This document shows, one piece after another, positions 9,405 through 18,120 of a stretch of 64,000 bases of DNA; the stretch's first letter is position 1, and the number at the start of each line of letters is the position of its first letter. The translations under genes and the position numbers were made by a program. Under the pieces are notes generated by a model that was not told the origin of the DNA, made no database searches, and saw nothing but the letters and a program-made list of their open reading frames with translations. The stretch spans positions 3,076,891 to 3,140,890 of the forward strand of contig JBFWNU010000001.1 in the NCBI GenBank assembly GCA_050250895.1, in the 5' to 3' direction. The stretch is from Vulcanimicrobiota bacterium. Its GTDB lineage: Bacteria; Vulcanimicrobiota; Xenobia; Xenobiales; JADMJV01.

Positions 9405-11321
9405 ATGGCTACAAAAACAGCGAAAAGCAACGGGAGCCCGCAACACGGAATGCCGGTCGAGGCGGCTCTAGAGGAGGCCAAGGCCAATCAGGCTGCTCTG
9501 ATTCGCGTGGTGGAGAAGATTACCGAGGCTAGCAATCGTCGCGAGGTGATTCAGTTTGCGCTCGACGAAGTGCGGGAGGCTTACGGCTGGGCTTACGGGT
9601 CCTTCTGGGAACACGACCCCAACCGCGACGCCCTGGTGTTTTCTCAAGACTCGGGGACGGTCAACCGCGAGTTCAAGAAGGTGACCGAGTCGGCCTCGTT
9701 TCGTCGAGGCGAGGGGCTCTCGGGAAGAGCCTGGCAGAGCGAGGCTCTGGTCTTCGTGGAGGACATCGGTGAGGTCTCGGATTGCTGTCGGGCCCCTGTT
9801 GCTCGCGAGGCCGGCGTCGTCTCTGGTCTGTGCTTTCCCATCATCGTCAAGGGCCGGGTCATGGGGACGATGGACTTCTTCGTGACCCGGGGAATCGAGT
9901 TGTCGGCCCAAAGACGGGCTGCCCTCGATATGATCGGCCGCCTGGTCTCGACCACCGTCGAGCAGAGGGGTGCCTACGAGCGACTCCACGGGATGGTCGA
10001 AAATTCTCCCACCAACATCATGACGGTAGACCTCGACCTGACGGTAACCTACATGAATCCGGCCTCGATCCGGACCTTGACTCGGCTCGAATCCCATCTG
10101 CCCTGCAAGGCCAAGGCGATCTTGGGTCGCAGCATCGATATCTTTCACAAGCATCCCGAGCATCAACGCCGATTGCTGGCCAATCCCGACAACCTTCCAC
10201 ACAAGGCCCGAATTCGGGTTGGCCCTGAACATCTGGATCTGCTGGTCAGCGCCATGCGCAATGACCTGGGCGAGTATGTGGGCGCTATGCTCACCTGGGA
10301 ACTGATCACCGAGAAGGTCCAACTCGAGGAACGTGAGCGAGAACGCCAGGAGGCCGACCGTCGCACCGCCGAGGAGCTGCAACAAAAGGTGTCGTCCATC
10401 CTCGAGACGGTCCAAGCCTGCAGCCGCGGCGACCTGACTGTGGAAGTGCCCGTGCGGGGCAACGACCCTATCGGTCAGGTCGGTCAGGGGCTAGAAGACT
10501 TCCTTACCCAGCTGCGCAACAGCCTGCGCGAGATTGGCGGAAAGGCCACCATCCTGACCAGCTCGTCCTCCGACTTGAGCAATCTGGCCGGCAAGATGGC
10601 CACCTCGGCCGAAGACTCTTCGGTCCAGGCGACCTCGGCTTCGGCTGCCGGAGAACAGGTCAACCAGAACATCCACACGGTGGCCTCGGCCACTGAAGAG
10701 ATGGCCAGCTCCATTCGAGAGATCTCCAAGAATGCAGGCCAGGCCGCCCGAGTCGCGGCCAACGCCGTGGCCGTGGCCGAGTCGACCAACGACACCATCG
10801 CCAAACTGGGCGAGAGTTCGACCGAAATCGGCAAAGTTATCAAGGTCATCACCTCTATCGCCCAACAGACCAACCTGCTGGCCCTCAACGCCACCATCGA
10901 GGCGGCTCGGGCCGGCGAGGCCGGGCGCGGTTTTGCGGTGGTAGCCAACGAAGTCAAAGAGCTGGCCAAAGAAACGGCCCGGGCTACTGAGGACATCTCG
11001 CGCAAGATCGAGACGATCCAGGAAGACAGCTCGGGTGCTGTCCGGGCCATCGCCGAGATCACCGACATCATCAATCAAATCTCCGACATCGCCAACAGCA
11101 TCGCGGGAGCGGTCGAAGAACAATCCTCCACCACCTCCGAAATCAGTCGCAATGTGGCCGAAGCTGCACGCGGCAGTAACGAGATCACTTCCGCTTTGAG
11201 CCAGGTCGCCTCGGCGTCCGAGAACAGTCGTGCGGGTGCTACTGACACCCTCGCGGCCTCGCGGTCGCTGAGCCAGTTGGCCAACGAGCTCCAGGACCTG
11301 CTGGGGCAATTCCAGACCTAA
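9405..11321 (+). CDS. soluble methyl-accepting chemotaxis protein (GAF, PAS, HAMP, MA domains)
   Basis: [37 protein letters not shown]; GEGLSGRAW (GAF); [14 protein letters not shown] (PAS); no TM. Confidence 0.95.
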   Translation: MATKTAKSNGSPQHGMPVEAALEEAKANQAALIRVVEKITEASNRREVIQFALDEVREAYGWAYGSFWEHDPNRDALVFSQDSGTVNREFKKVTESASFRRGEGLSGRAWQSEALVFVEDIGEVSDCCRAPVAREAGVVSGLCFPIIVKGRVMGTMDFFVTRGIELSAQRRAALDMIGRLVSTTVEQRGAYERLHGMVENSPTNIMTVDLDLTVTYMNPASIRTLTRLESHLPCKAKAILGRSIDIFHKHPEHQRRLLANPDNLPHKARIRVGPEHLDLLVSAMRNDLGEYVGAMLTWELITEKVQLEERERERQEADRRTAEELQQKVSSILETVQACSRGDLTVEVPVRGNDPIGQVGQGLEDFLTQLRNSLREIGGKATILTSSSSDLSNLAGKMATSAEDSSVQATSASAAGEQVNQNIHTVASATEEMASSIREISKNAGQAARVAANAVAVAESTNDTIAKLGESSTEIGKVIKVITSIAQQTNLLALNATIEAARAGEAGRGFAVVANEVKELAKETARATEDISRKIETIQEDSSGAVRAIAEITDIINQISDIANSIAGAVEEQSSTTSEISRNVAEAARGSNEITSALSQVASASENSRAGATDTLAASRSLSQLANELQDLLGQFQT

Positions 11322-11327
11322 ACCCCC

Positions 11328-11358
11328 GCCGGGCCCGGGCCGGCGACCCGGGCCCGGC
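11328..11358 (+). other. intra-operon GC-rich stem-loop
   Basis: Perfect 12-bp stem gccgggcccggg/cccgggcccggc between the MCP gene and cheY; no adjacent U-tract. Confidence 0.5.
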
Positions 11359-11381
11359 ACAATTTTGGAAGGACCCCGACC

Positions 11382-11774
11382 ATGAAGATACTGGTAATCG
11401 ACGACTCCCGATTCGTTCGCAAACAGATCATCAAGTTTCTCGACGACTTCAGCGCCAGCATCTATGAAGCCGCCGACGGCCAGGAGGCCCTGGATGTCCA
11501 CAAAGTCCAGCAGGTCGACCTCATCCTGACCGACTGGAACATGCCGGTAAAGACCGGGCTGGAGCTGGTGCAGGAACTCAAAGAAGGTCACGTCGAGCGC
11601 GACCCGCCCATCTTGATGATTACCACCAACAATCAGCAGGATGCGATCGTGGCCGCCATCGAGGCGGGTTGCGACGACTTCCTCATGAAACCTTTTGACC
11701 GCGAAGACCTGCACCTGAAGCTTCGCTCGATGTTGGGTGATGACCACCCCATCTTTGGAGGGTGTCATGCCTAG
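11382..11774 (+). CDS. cheY: chemotaxis response regulator CheY
   Basis: ILVIDDS, DLILTDWNMP, FLMKPF; within che operon. Confidence 0.85.
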   Translation: MKILVIDDSRFVRKQIIKFLDDFSASIYEAADGQEALDVHKVQQVDLILTDWNMPVKTGLELVQELKEGHVERDPPILMITTNNQQDAIVAAIEAGCDDFLMKPFDREDLHLKLRSMLGDDHPIFGGCHA

Positions 11775-12819
11775 TGTTCGTGTGTTGATTGTGGATGACT
11801 CGTCGCTGTTTCGGCGCATCCTCACCACCGTCTTTCGCGCAATCCCCGGGGTCGAAGTGGTGGGCAGCGCGTCCAACGGAGCCGAGGCCTTGCGTCTGGT
11901 CGAGAGCTTGAAGCCCGAGCTGGTTTCCTTGGACCTCGAGATGCCCGAGATGGACGGTCTCGAGACCCTGCGCCGGCTGCGCCTTCTCGACACGCGCTCC
12001 AAGGTGCTGATGGTCAGCGCTCACACCACCCGGGGAGCACGCCGCACTATCGAAGCCCTTTGTTTGGGAGCCGAGGACTTCATCACCAAGCAAAATGCCC
12101 AGGGGGACGCCAGCACCAACCTGGAAGCCCTCAGGGCCCAGCTCGAGCCCAAGGTCGAACAGCTATTTCCTCGCCAGGCCGGTGTCCGGGCTCAGGTCGC
12201 GCGGCGCCCACCTCTCCCCGGTGCCCCCAAGAAGGCCGTGGTGATCGGCGTGTCGACGGGCGGACCAAACGCCCTCTCCGAGGTCTTCTCGACCCTTCCG
12301 GCCGGTCTACCGGTGCCCATCCTGATAGTCCAACACATGCCGCCGACTTTCACCCGCATGCTGGCCGAGCGCCTGTCGGCCAAAGGAAAGATTCCCGTCA
12401 GCGAGGCTCGCGAAGGCGAGCCGATTCTCAACGGACATGCCTACATCGCTCCCGGAGACTTCCACCTCGAGATAGCCGGCGACGCCCGTCGCCCACTGGT
12501 GGCGCTCAGCCAGGGCCCTCGTGAGAACAGTTGCCGTCCGGCCGCGGACGTGCTCTTTCGCTCGGCCGCCCGCGTCTACGGCCGGGACTGTCTGGGTGTG
12601 GTGATGACCGGAATGGGCTCGGACGGCTGTCTGGGAGCCCGCGAGATTCAACGGGTTGGCGGCGAGGTTCTGATTCAGAACGAGGCCACCTGCGTGGTCT
12701 ATGGCATGCCCCGGGCCGTCGCCGAGGCGGCCATTGTCCATGAAAGCTATCCCCTCGACGAGCTGGCCTCGGCCATTACCGAAAGAGCCACCAGGAGGAC
12801 CCAATGGCGCACAGCGTAA
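11767..12819 (+). CDS. cheB: chemotaxis methylesterase CheB
   Basis: REC domain plus IGVSTGGP, VQHMPP, MTGMGSDG, VYGMP. Confidence 0.95.
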   Translation: MPSVRVLIVDDSSLFRRILTTVFRAIPGVEVVGSASNGAEALRLVESLKPELVSLDLEMPEMDGLETLRRLRLLDTRSKVLMVSAHTTRGARRTIEALCLGAEDFITKQNAQGDASTNLEALRAQLEPKVEQLFPRQAGVRAQVARRPPLPGAPKKAVVIGVSTGGPNALSEVFSTLPAGLPVPILIVQHMPPTFTRMLAERLSAKGKIPVSEAREGEPILNGHAYIAPGDFHLEIAGDARRPLVALSQGPRENSCRPAADVLFRSAARVYGRDCLGVVMTGMGSDGCLGAREIQRVGGEVLIQNEATCVVYGMPRAVAEAAIVHESYPLDELASAITERATRRTQWRTA

Positions 12820-13631
12820 GACATGAAGACTATGGATTTCTGTGCCGGGTGCTCCACCGCGAGGCCGGCATCAGCCTGGGCGACGATAAGAAATACCTGG
12901 TGGAAGCCCGCCTGGGTGAACTGTGCCGCACCATGGGAGTGGGCAGCCTGGACCAACTAGTATCGCGAGTGCGTGAGGGCCAGGATCCGACCACCCTCAA
13001 GCTGGTGGTCGAGGCGATGACTACCAACGAGACCTCGTTCTTTCGCGACCAGGCTCCCTTCGAGGCTTTACGCGACCGCATCTTGCCTGGCTTGCTGGCG
13101 GCCCGCGCGGCCACCCGGCGGCTGCGGATCTGGTCGGCTGCCTGCTCGACCGGGCAAGAGCCGTATTCGCTAGCCATTACGTTGCTGGACCATTTTCCTC
13201 AACTCCAGGGCTGGGATGTCTCGATCCTGGCCACCGATCTGGCCGAGCAAAAGGTGCTCGAGCGGGCTCAACAAGGCCGCTTCACCCAGCACGAAGTGAA
13301 CCGCGGCCTGCCCGCTCGGATGTTGCTCAATCACTTTGAACAGCGCGATGACGCCTGGTTTGTCAAAGAGCCGACCCGACGGCTGGTCAAGTTCCAGAAA
13401 GTCAACCTTCTGAACATCCCTCGCTGGCTCGGCGAGTTCGACCTGGTCCTGTGTCGCAACGTCCTGATCTACTTCGATGTCGAGACCAAGCAGCAAGTCC
13501 TGGGCCGAATCCATAGTCATCTGGCCAAAGACGGCTATCTGATGATCGGAGCCTCCGAGATCCTCTTCGGAGTCACCGAAAGCTTCCGGCGCGAAACCTA
13601 CGGACGCACCAGCTACTACCTTCGCGACTGA
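12804..13631 (+). CDS. cheR: chemotaxis methyltransferase CheR
   Basis: TTNETSFFRD, IWSAACSTGQEPYS, CRNVLIYFD. Confidence 0.95.
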   Translation: MAHSVRHEDYGFLCRVLHREAGISLGDDKKYLVEARLGELCRTMGVGSLDQLVSRVREGQDPTTLKLVVEAMTTNETSFFRDQAPFEALRDRILPGLLAARAATRRLRIWSAACSTGQEPYSLAITLLDHFPQLQGWDVSILATDLAEQKVLERAQQGRFTQHEVNRGLPARMLLNHFEQRDDAWFVKEPTRRLVKFQKVNLLNIPRWLGEFDLVLCRNVLIYFDVETKQQVLGRIHSHLAKDGYLMIGASEILFGVTESFRRETYGRTSYYLRD

Positions 13632-13634
13632 CGT

Positions 13635-13975
13635 CTCGGCCTGGCGGCCGACAGGGAGCCTCGGCTTCGCCTCGGAGATTTCGGCCTGGCGGCCGACGGG
13701 GAGCGACGACTTCGTCGTCGGGAAAAGGTGCCGTGCGCTTCGCGCGGAGATTTCGGCCTGCGGCCGACGGGGAGCGCCGACTTCGTCGTCGGGAAAAGGA
13801 GCCGTGCGCTTCGCGCGGAGATTTCGGCCTGGCGGCCGACGGGGAGCGCCGACTTCGTCGTCGAGAGAGCCTGCCTCCCGGCCGAAGGCCGCTCCTTCTC
13901 CCGGCCCAAAGGGCCGCTCCTTCTCCCTCGAGCGCAGCAAGAGCTCCTTCTCCCTGCCCGAAGGGCCGCTCCTTA
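13635..13975. repeat. REP/BIME-like intergenic tandem repeats
   Basis: About 72-bp units starting at 13674, 13746 and 13817 plus a partial at 13635, each with short palindromes; then gctccttctccc x3-4 at 25-27 bp spacing. Confidence 0.8.
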
Positions 13976-14818
13976 CCGGTCGGGGGACGCTGCCTCGCGG
14001 AGGAGTTCGGCCTTGGTGACCTCGCCCATGGCCAGGGCTTTCACCTTGGGGTCTTTCCAGCTATTGGGCTCGGCGCCGGTGATTTTGTGGACGCCTTTCT
14101 CCATTTTGCGCCAGAAGTTGGTGCGGGTCAAAAGCGGGTTGAACTTGCCGTTGACGATGCAATAGTACTCGTCGAAGGGGTCGGTGTGGTGCTTGGCATG
14201 GTTGGCCGAAGTCTGCGAGATGCCGAGCTTTTGCAGCACCCTGGCCGTCGTCGGCGGATTGGACATGTGTGACCAACGATGAGAGGCCTGGGCCAGCACC
14301 GCGCCTCCGGTGAAGGCCAGTCCGGCGGCCGCCAGCATGGGGTGAGGAGTGAAGATGGCCAGAGCCGCCATCGGGCCCACCATGGCCGTGGCCGCGGGGG
14401 CCACGTTTTCCCAGACACTGACGTGATCCATGCTGGGTGTGTCGTGGTGGTTTTGGAATTCTTTAGCGATACCCCCTACCAACGGGGTGTTCTCGTTGGG
14501 ATAGTTGTCGATGGCCCAGTGGAAGACACCGCTGGTGAAGTCGGCGGCCATCAGGCCGGCGGCAGCGCTGGCCACCACTCCGGCTCCCAGGGCTACTTTC
14601 GCGGCTACCCCCGGGGCCGAGGCGACCTCGGCGGCGATGCGGGCGGCGGCGATGCCACCGGCCAGCACACAACCCGCGCCGGTGATCTTGGCCACGGTCG
14701 CTCGGCGCGAAGTCTGGCCCGGCGAGAAGGTCTCCTGGGGTTCGGCCGGCTGCTCGGGGCGAGCAGGAACGGCGGTCCGCGACGCGGGGGTCGCGCTGGT
14801 GAATTGTGAAATTCGCAT
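13973..14818 (-). CDS. CarF/TMEM189/FAD4 family fatty-acid (plasmanylethanolamine-type) desaturase
   Basis: ADFTSGVFHWAIDNY, FQNHH, SHRWSH, HAKHH...YYCIVNG histidine boxes; SD before MRISQF. Confidence 0.85.
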   Translation of the reverse strand: MRISQFTSATPASRTAVPARPEQPAEPQETFSPGQTSRRATVAKITGAGCVLAGGIAAARIAAEVASAPGVAAKVALGAGVVASAAAGLMAADFTSGVFHWAIDNYPNENTPLVGGIAKEFQNHHDTPSMDHVSVWENVAPAATAMVGPMAALAIFTPHPMLAAAGLAFTGGAVLAQASHRWSHMSNPPTTARVLQKLGISQTSANHAKHHTDPFDEYYCIVNGKFNPLLTRTNFWRKMEKGVHKITGAEPNSWKDPKVKALAMGEVTKAELLREAASPDR

Positions 14819-14994
14819 TGGTCTCTCTCCGTTGGACCTCTCGTGGAGGTCTCTATCTGTCACCAGAGTAGCCCTTCCCAGCTTAAGGAAGACTGAAAAC
14901 GATGCTGATGCGCCATTGTGTAACGAAAAGTCCACGAAAATTCAATCTTGGCAACGCAATGGCAAGATCTCGGGTGGCGTGGTATGGTGTGAGT

Positions 14995-15345
14995 ATGGCG
15001 ATCGTGACCGTTCCCGTAGTGGTAGCTTCTATTCTGGCGTATCGCTATCTCAGGAAGCGCCGCCGGCGAGGGCGAGCGCTCAAGAAAGAGCCGGGCCTGG
15101 CCCACGCTGCGCTAGCTTTGACGGCCTTTCCGCCCCACACCGCCGAACAGATCATGAAGCAGTTGCCACCACCGGTGGCCCGAGCCCTGGCGCTAGCTAC
15201 CACCGAGCTTCCGTCCATTCAAGAGACCAACCAGCGCAGGGCCCTGTGCGCCCTGCAGCAAGAACTCGGGGAGCAAGACCTGGATCGGCTCGACCCGGCC
15301 GCCCTGGCGGCGGGCATCATCCGGTTGATGCTCAAAGCGGGCTAA
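14995..15345 (+). CDS. hypothetical membrane-anchored protein, weakly FliG-N-like
   Basis: N-terminal TM followed by a basic cluster; helical domain. Confidence 0.5.
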   Translation: MAIVTVPVVVASILAYRYLRKRRRRGRALKKEPGLAHAALALTAFPPHTAEQIMKQLPPPVARALALATTELPSIQETNQRRALCALQQELGEQDLDRLDPAALAAGIIRLMLKAG

Positions 15346-15433
15346 GCCCCAAGCTCGGATAGTGGGGTCCGAGCCTATCGGATGTCGTAGTCGCACCCGT
15401 CCCTCCTCCACACTGAAAGTCGGAGGTGTCCCT

Positions 15434-16786
15434 ATGCGAGCTTTTCCCAAAGCCAAGACCAGAGCGGTGGTGATTGGAGCCGGTTTCGGCGGCCTGAGAG
15501 CTGCGCGCGAGTTGATGCGGGCTCGCCGCGACGACCTGGAGGTGGTGGTGATCGACAAGCATAACCATCACACCTTTACCCCGTTGCTCTATCAGGTGGC
15601 CACCAGCGGCCTGAGCCCCTCGGACATTTGCTTTCCCATCCGCGAGCTGGCCCGCGGACGCCGGGATGTCGAAGTGGTGATGGCCCGCCTGAGCGCGGTC
15701 GACTATGGCCAGCGCCGCCTGGTTCTTGACGATGGTCAACTGACCCTCGACTACGATTATCTGGTATTGGCCCTGGGGGGCAAGACGTCTTATTTTGGCC
15801 AGGACCAGTGGCGGGACCGGACTTTCGCTCTCAAGAGCGTGCCTGAGGCCGAGGCTTTGCGCGACCGAATTCTCTCGGCCTTCGAGCAGGCCGAGCAGCA
15901 CGACGACCCCGAGCAGCGAGCTCGTTTGCTGACCTTCGTCATTATCGGCGGGGGGCCGACCGGCGTCGAACTGGCCGGAGCCATCGCCGAGTTGCGCAGC
16001 CGGGTGCTCGATGACCAGTTTCGACGGTTTGACAGCGAGCAGGCCCGAGTGGTTTTGCTCGAAGGCGGCCAGCGCCTGCTCAAGTCGATGTCAGAGCGGG
16101 CCGGCAACTACGCCAGAGAGCGACTGCGGGCCATGGGAGTCGAGGTCCACCTGGGCGAACTCGCCCAGGAGGTAAGTCCCGGCCAGGTGGTCACGGCCGA
16201 GCGACGACTCGAGGCCGCCACCGTCATCTGGGCGGCCGGGGTGGGAGGCTGCGAGCTGGCGCCGCGCCTGGCCAGCGAGGATCAGCGAGACCGAGGGGAT
16301 CGCGTCAAGGTCGAGAGCGACTTGCGCCTGACCGGCCACAGCCGAGTCTATTGCGTTGGTGACATGGCCCATTTTGAGCACGATTGCACCTATGACGGCA
16401 AGCAGCTGCCCGGCCTGGCTCCGGTCGCCATGCAACAGGGCCGGCACGCGGCCCGCAACATCCTGCGCCAGCTCGATGGCCAGCCCACGCGCGACTTTCA
16501 CTATATCGACAAAGGCTCGATGGCCACGGTGGGACGCACCGCCGCCGCCGCCGATCTGCCGTCGGGCCGCAATCTGAGCGGTCCAGCCGCGTGGCTGGCC
16601 TGGCTCGGGGTCCACCTCTATTATCTGGCCGGCCTGCAGAATCGGGTGGTCGTGTCGATCCGATGGCTGTGGGCGTATCTCACCTGGCGCTGGGGCTCGA
16701 GGCTGATTCGGGCTTCCCAGGTTAGCCCCGCCCGTGGTCCTTCCCCCGGTGAATTGCCCAGCGAGCGGTCGGCCGCTGGCTTGTGA
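15434..16786 (+). CDS. ndh: type II NADH dehydrogenase family FAD oxidoreductase
   Basis: IGAGFGG, FTPLLYQVAT, IIGGGPTGVELAG, APVAMQQG, YIDKGSMATVGR. Confidence 0.9.
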   Translation: MRAFPKAKTRAVVIGAGFGGLRAARELMRARRDDLEVVVIDKHNHHTFTPLLYQVATSGLSPSDICFPIRELARGRRDVEVVMARLSAVDYGQRRLVLDDGQLTLDYDYLVLALGGKTSYFGQDQWRDRTFALKSVPEAEALRDRILSAFEQAEQHDDPEQRARLLTFVIIGGGPTGVELAGAIAELRSRVLDDQFRRFDSEQARVVLLEGGQRLLKSMSERAGNYARERLRAMGVEVHLGELAQEVSPGQVVTAERRLEAATVIWAAGVGGCELAPRLASEDQRDRGDRVKVESDLRLTGHSRVYCVGDMAHFEHDCTYDGKQLPGLAPVAMQQGRHAARNILRQLDGQPTRDFHYIDKGSMATVGRTAAAADLPSGRNLSGPAAWLAWLGVHLYYLAGLQNRVVVSIRWLWAYLTWRWGSRLIRASQVSPARGPSPGELPSERSAAGL

Positions 16787-16836
16787 CGATTTTTTGACGC
16801 AGCTTTGGCACAGTATGTCCAACGGAGGATTACCAA

Positions 16837-17151
16837 ATGAACATCAACGCATTCAAAGCTTTTCAATCGATCACGAATTCGCGAGCAGCCACCACGCCGG
16901 CCACTCCCGCAGAGCCTCAGGCCAACGCCCAGCCTCAGGATGGTTTCACCCCCAGCGAGCCCCAGGAGAAAGAGACCTTGCTTGGTCGCACCCTGAAAGG
17001 CGCTTGCATCGGTGGAGCCGTCGGCCTGATCGCGCCGGGTATCATCGTGCCGTTGGTTGGCTTTGCGGCTTCCCCCATCACCGGTCCGCTTGGCTTCGTG
17101 CTCGGCGCCTACGCCGGAGCCGTCAGCTACGAGCGCGGCGGGGCCGAATAG
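16837..17151 (+). CDS. hypothetical glycine-zipper membrane protein with disordered N-terminus
   Basis: GGAGG SD; P/Q/T-rich leader then Gly-rich hydrophobic helices. Confidence 0.7.
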   Translation: MNINAFKAFQSITNSRAATTPATPAEPQANAQPQDGFTPSEPQEKETLLGRTLKGACIGGAVGLIAPGIIVPLVGFAASPITGPLGFVLGAYAGAVSYERGGAE

Positions 17152-17169
17152 CCCGAACCGAGTCTTGTG

Positions 17170-17204
17170 AAAAAGACCGCTCTTGAGAAGAGCGGTCTTT
17201 TTTT
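17170..17204. terminator. bidirectional intrinsic terminator
   Basis: aaaaagaccgctctt-gag-aagagcggtctttttt between convergent genes. Confidence 0.85.
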
Positions 17205-17652
17205 ATTGCTCGAGCTCGAAGCGAACCACCCGAAAGACTCCGATCAGGTCGGTCCATTCAGCCTGACGGCTGCCGAACACGGCCATCAACATCCTGGTGG
17301 CCCAGGGATGGCGCCGAGCGTAGTCGTCAAGCTCGGCTCGTCCCTCGCTTGGTCCGAGCAGTTCGGCTCGGGCCCGATGTTTGCGACCTCCCACCTGGAT
17401 CAGTACCTCAGGAGCAGCCTCGATATTGCGATACCAGTCGGCCTTGACTCCAAAACCCGACACCACCACATAGACCCCCGGTGCGTGACGCACCACCTCG
17501 AGCACGACCTGGCGCAACTTGCCGCTCTCGCGCCCGCGGTGGTGTAGCAGCAAGAAGCGCTTTCCGAGCAGCCAGCCCAGGCCCCAGCGGTAGAACAAGA
17601 TGGGCAGACGGGCCAGCCAGCGCAGCACCCCACGAGGCGGTGAAAGACTCAT
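17203..17652 (-). CDS. deazaflavin (F420)-dependent nitroreductase family protein
   Basis: LLLHHRGRESGKLR, ADWYRNIEAAP. Confidence 0.85.
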   Translation of the reverse strand: MSLSPPRGVLRWLARLPILFYRWGLGWLLGKRFLLLHHRGRESGKLRQVVLEVVRHAPGVYVVVSGFGVKADWYRNIEAAPEVLIQVGGRKHRARAELLGPSEGRAELDDYARRHPWATRMLMAVFGSRQAEWTDLIGVFRVVRFELEQ

Positions 17653-18095
17653 TGGCGCGAGGTAGCCACCACTTCGGCGTGCAAGTGAATCGGACAACGG
17701 ATGGAATGGGCCACCAGACATCCTTTCTCGGCTCGCTCCATCAATGCTTGCATTTCGGCGGGATCGCCCTCGATGACCGCCCTGGGATAGAGGTCGACCT
17801 GGGTGAAGCGCATCTGCCCGTCTACTCGCTCGAGTACGCCGTCGGCTTTGCTTTCATACTCGACCAGCCGGACGTTCGAGCGTTTGAGTTCGAACACCAG
17901 GGTCAAGAAGAAGCACGTCTCGACGGCGCTGACGAAGAAATCTTCGGGGCTGAACATCCCTTCGGGACCCTTGAAAACGGGAGGGGGAGCCACTTCCAAC
18001 GCCGGTCGTCCTTCCAGGGCGACCTCGCCAAGATTGGACTCTTTCCAGCGATAATTGGTTTTGAAGTGAAGTTTCATAGTTTCAGTATATATCAA
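17649..18095 (-). CDS. OsmC family protein
   Basis: PPVFKG..SPEDFFVSAVETCF...AEKGCLVAHSI two-Cys motif. Confidence 0.85.
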   Translation of the reverse strand: MIYTETMKLHFKTNYRWKESNLGEVALEGRPALEVAPPPVFKGPEGMFSPEDFFVSAVETCFFLTLVFELKRSNVRLVEYESKADGVLERVDGQMRFTQVDLYPRAVIEGDPAEMQALMERAEKGCLVAHSIRCPIHLHAEVVATSRQ

Positions 18096-18120
18096 TCCAG
18101 TTGCACCGGAATGATCTGAA

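Noticed and set aside
13635-13870. CRISPR array
   Set aside because: Units are repeated end to end without unique spacers; no cas genes in the window.
13170-14272. ORFs spanning the intergenic repeat
   Set aside because: Translations of the DNA repeat, or antisense to cheR and the desaturase gene.
16805-16822. TGGCAC possible sigma54 -24 box upstream of 16837
   Set aside because: No TTGC -12 element at the required spacing.
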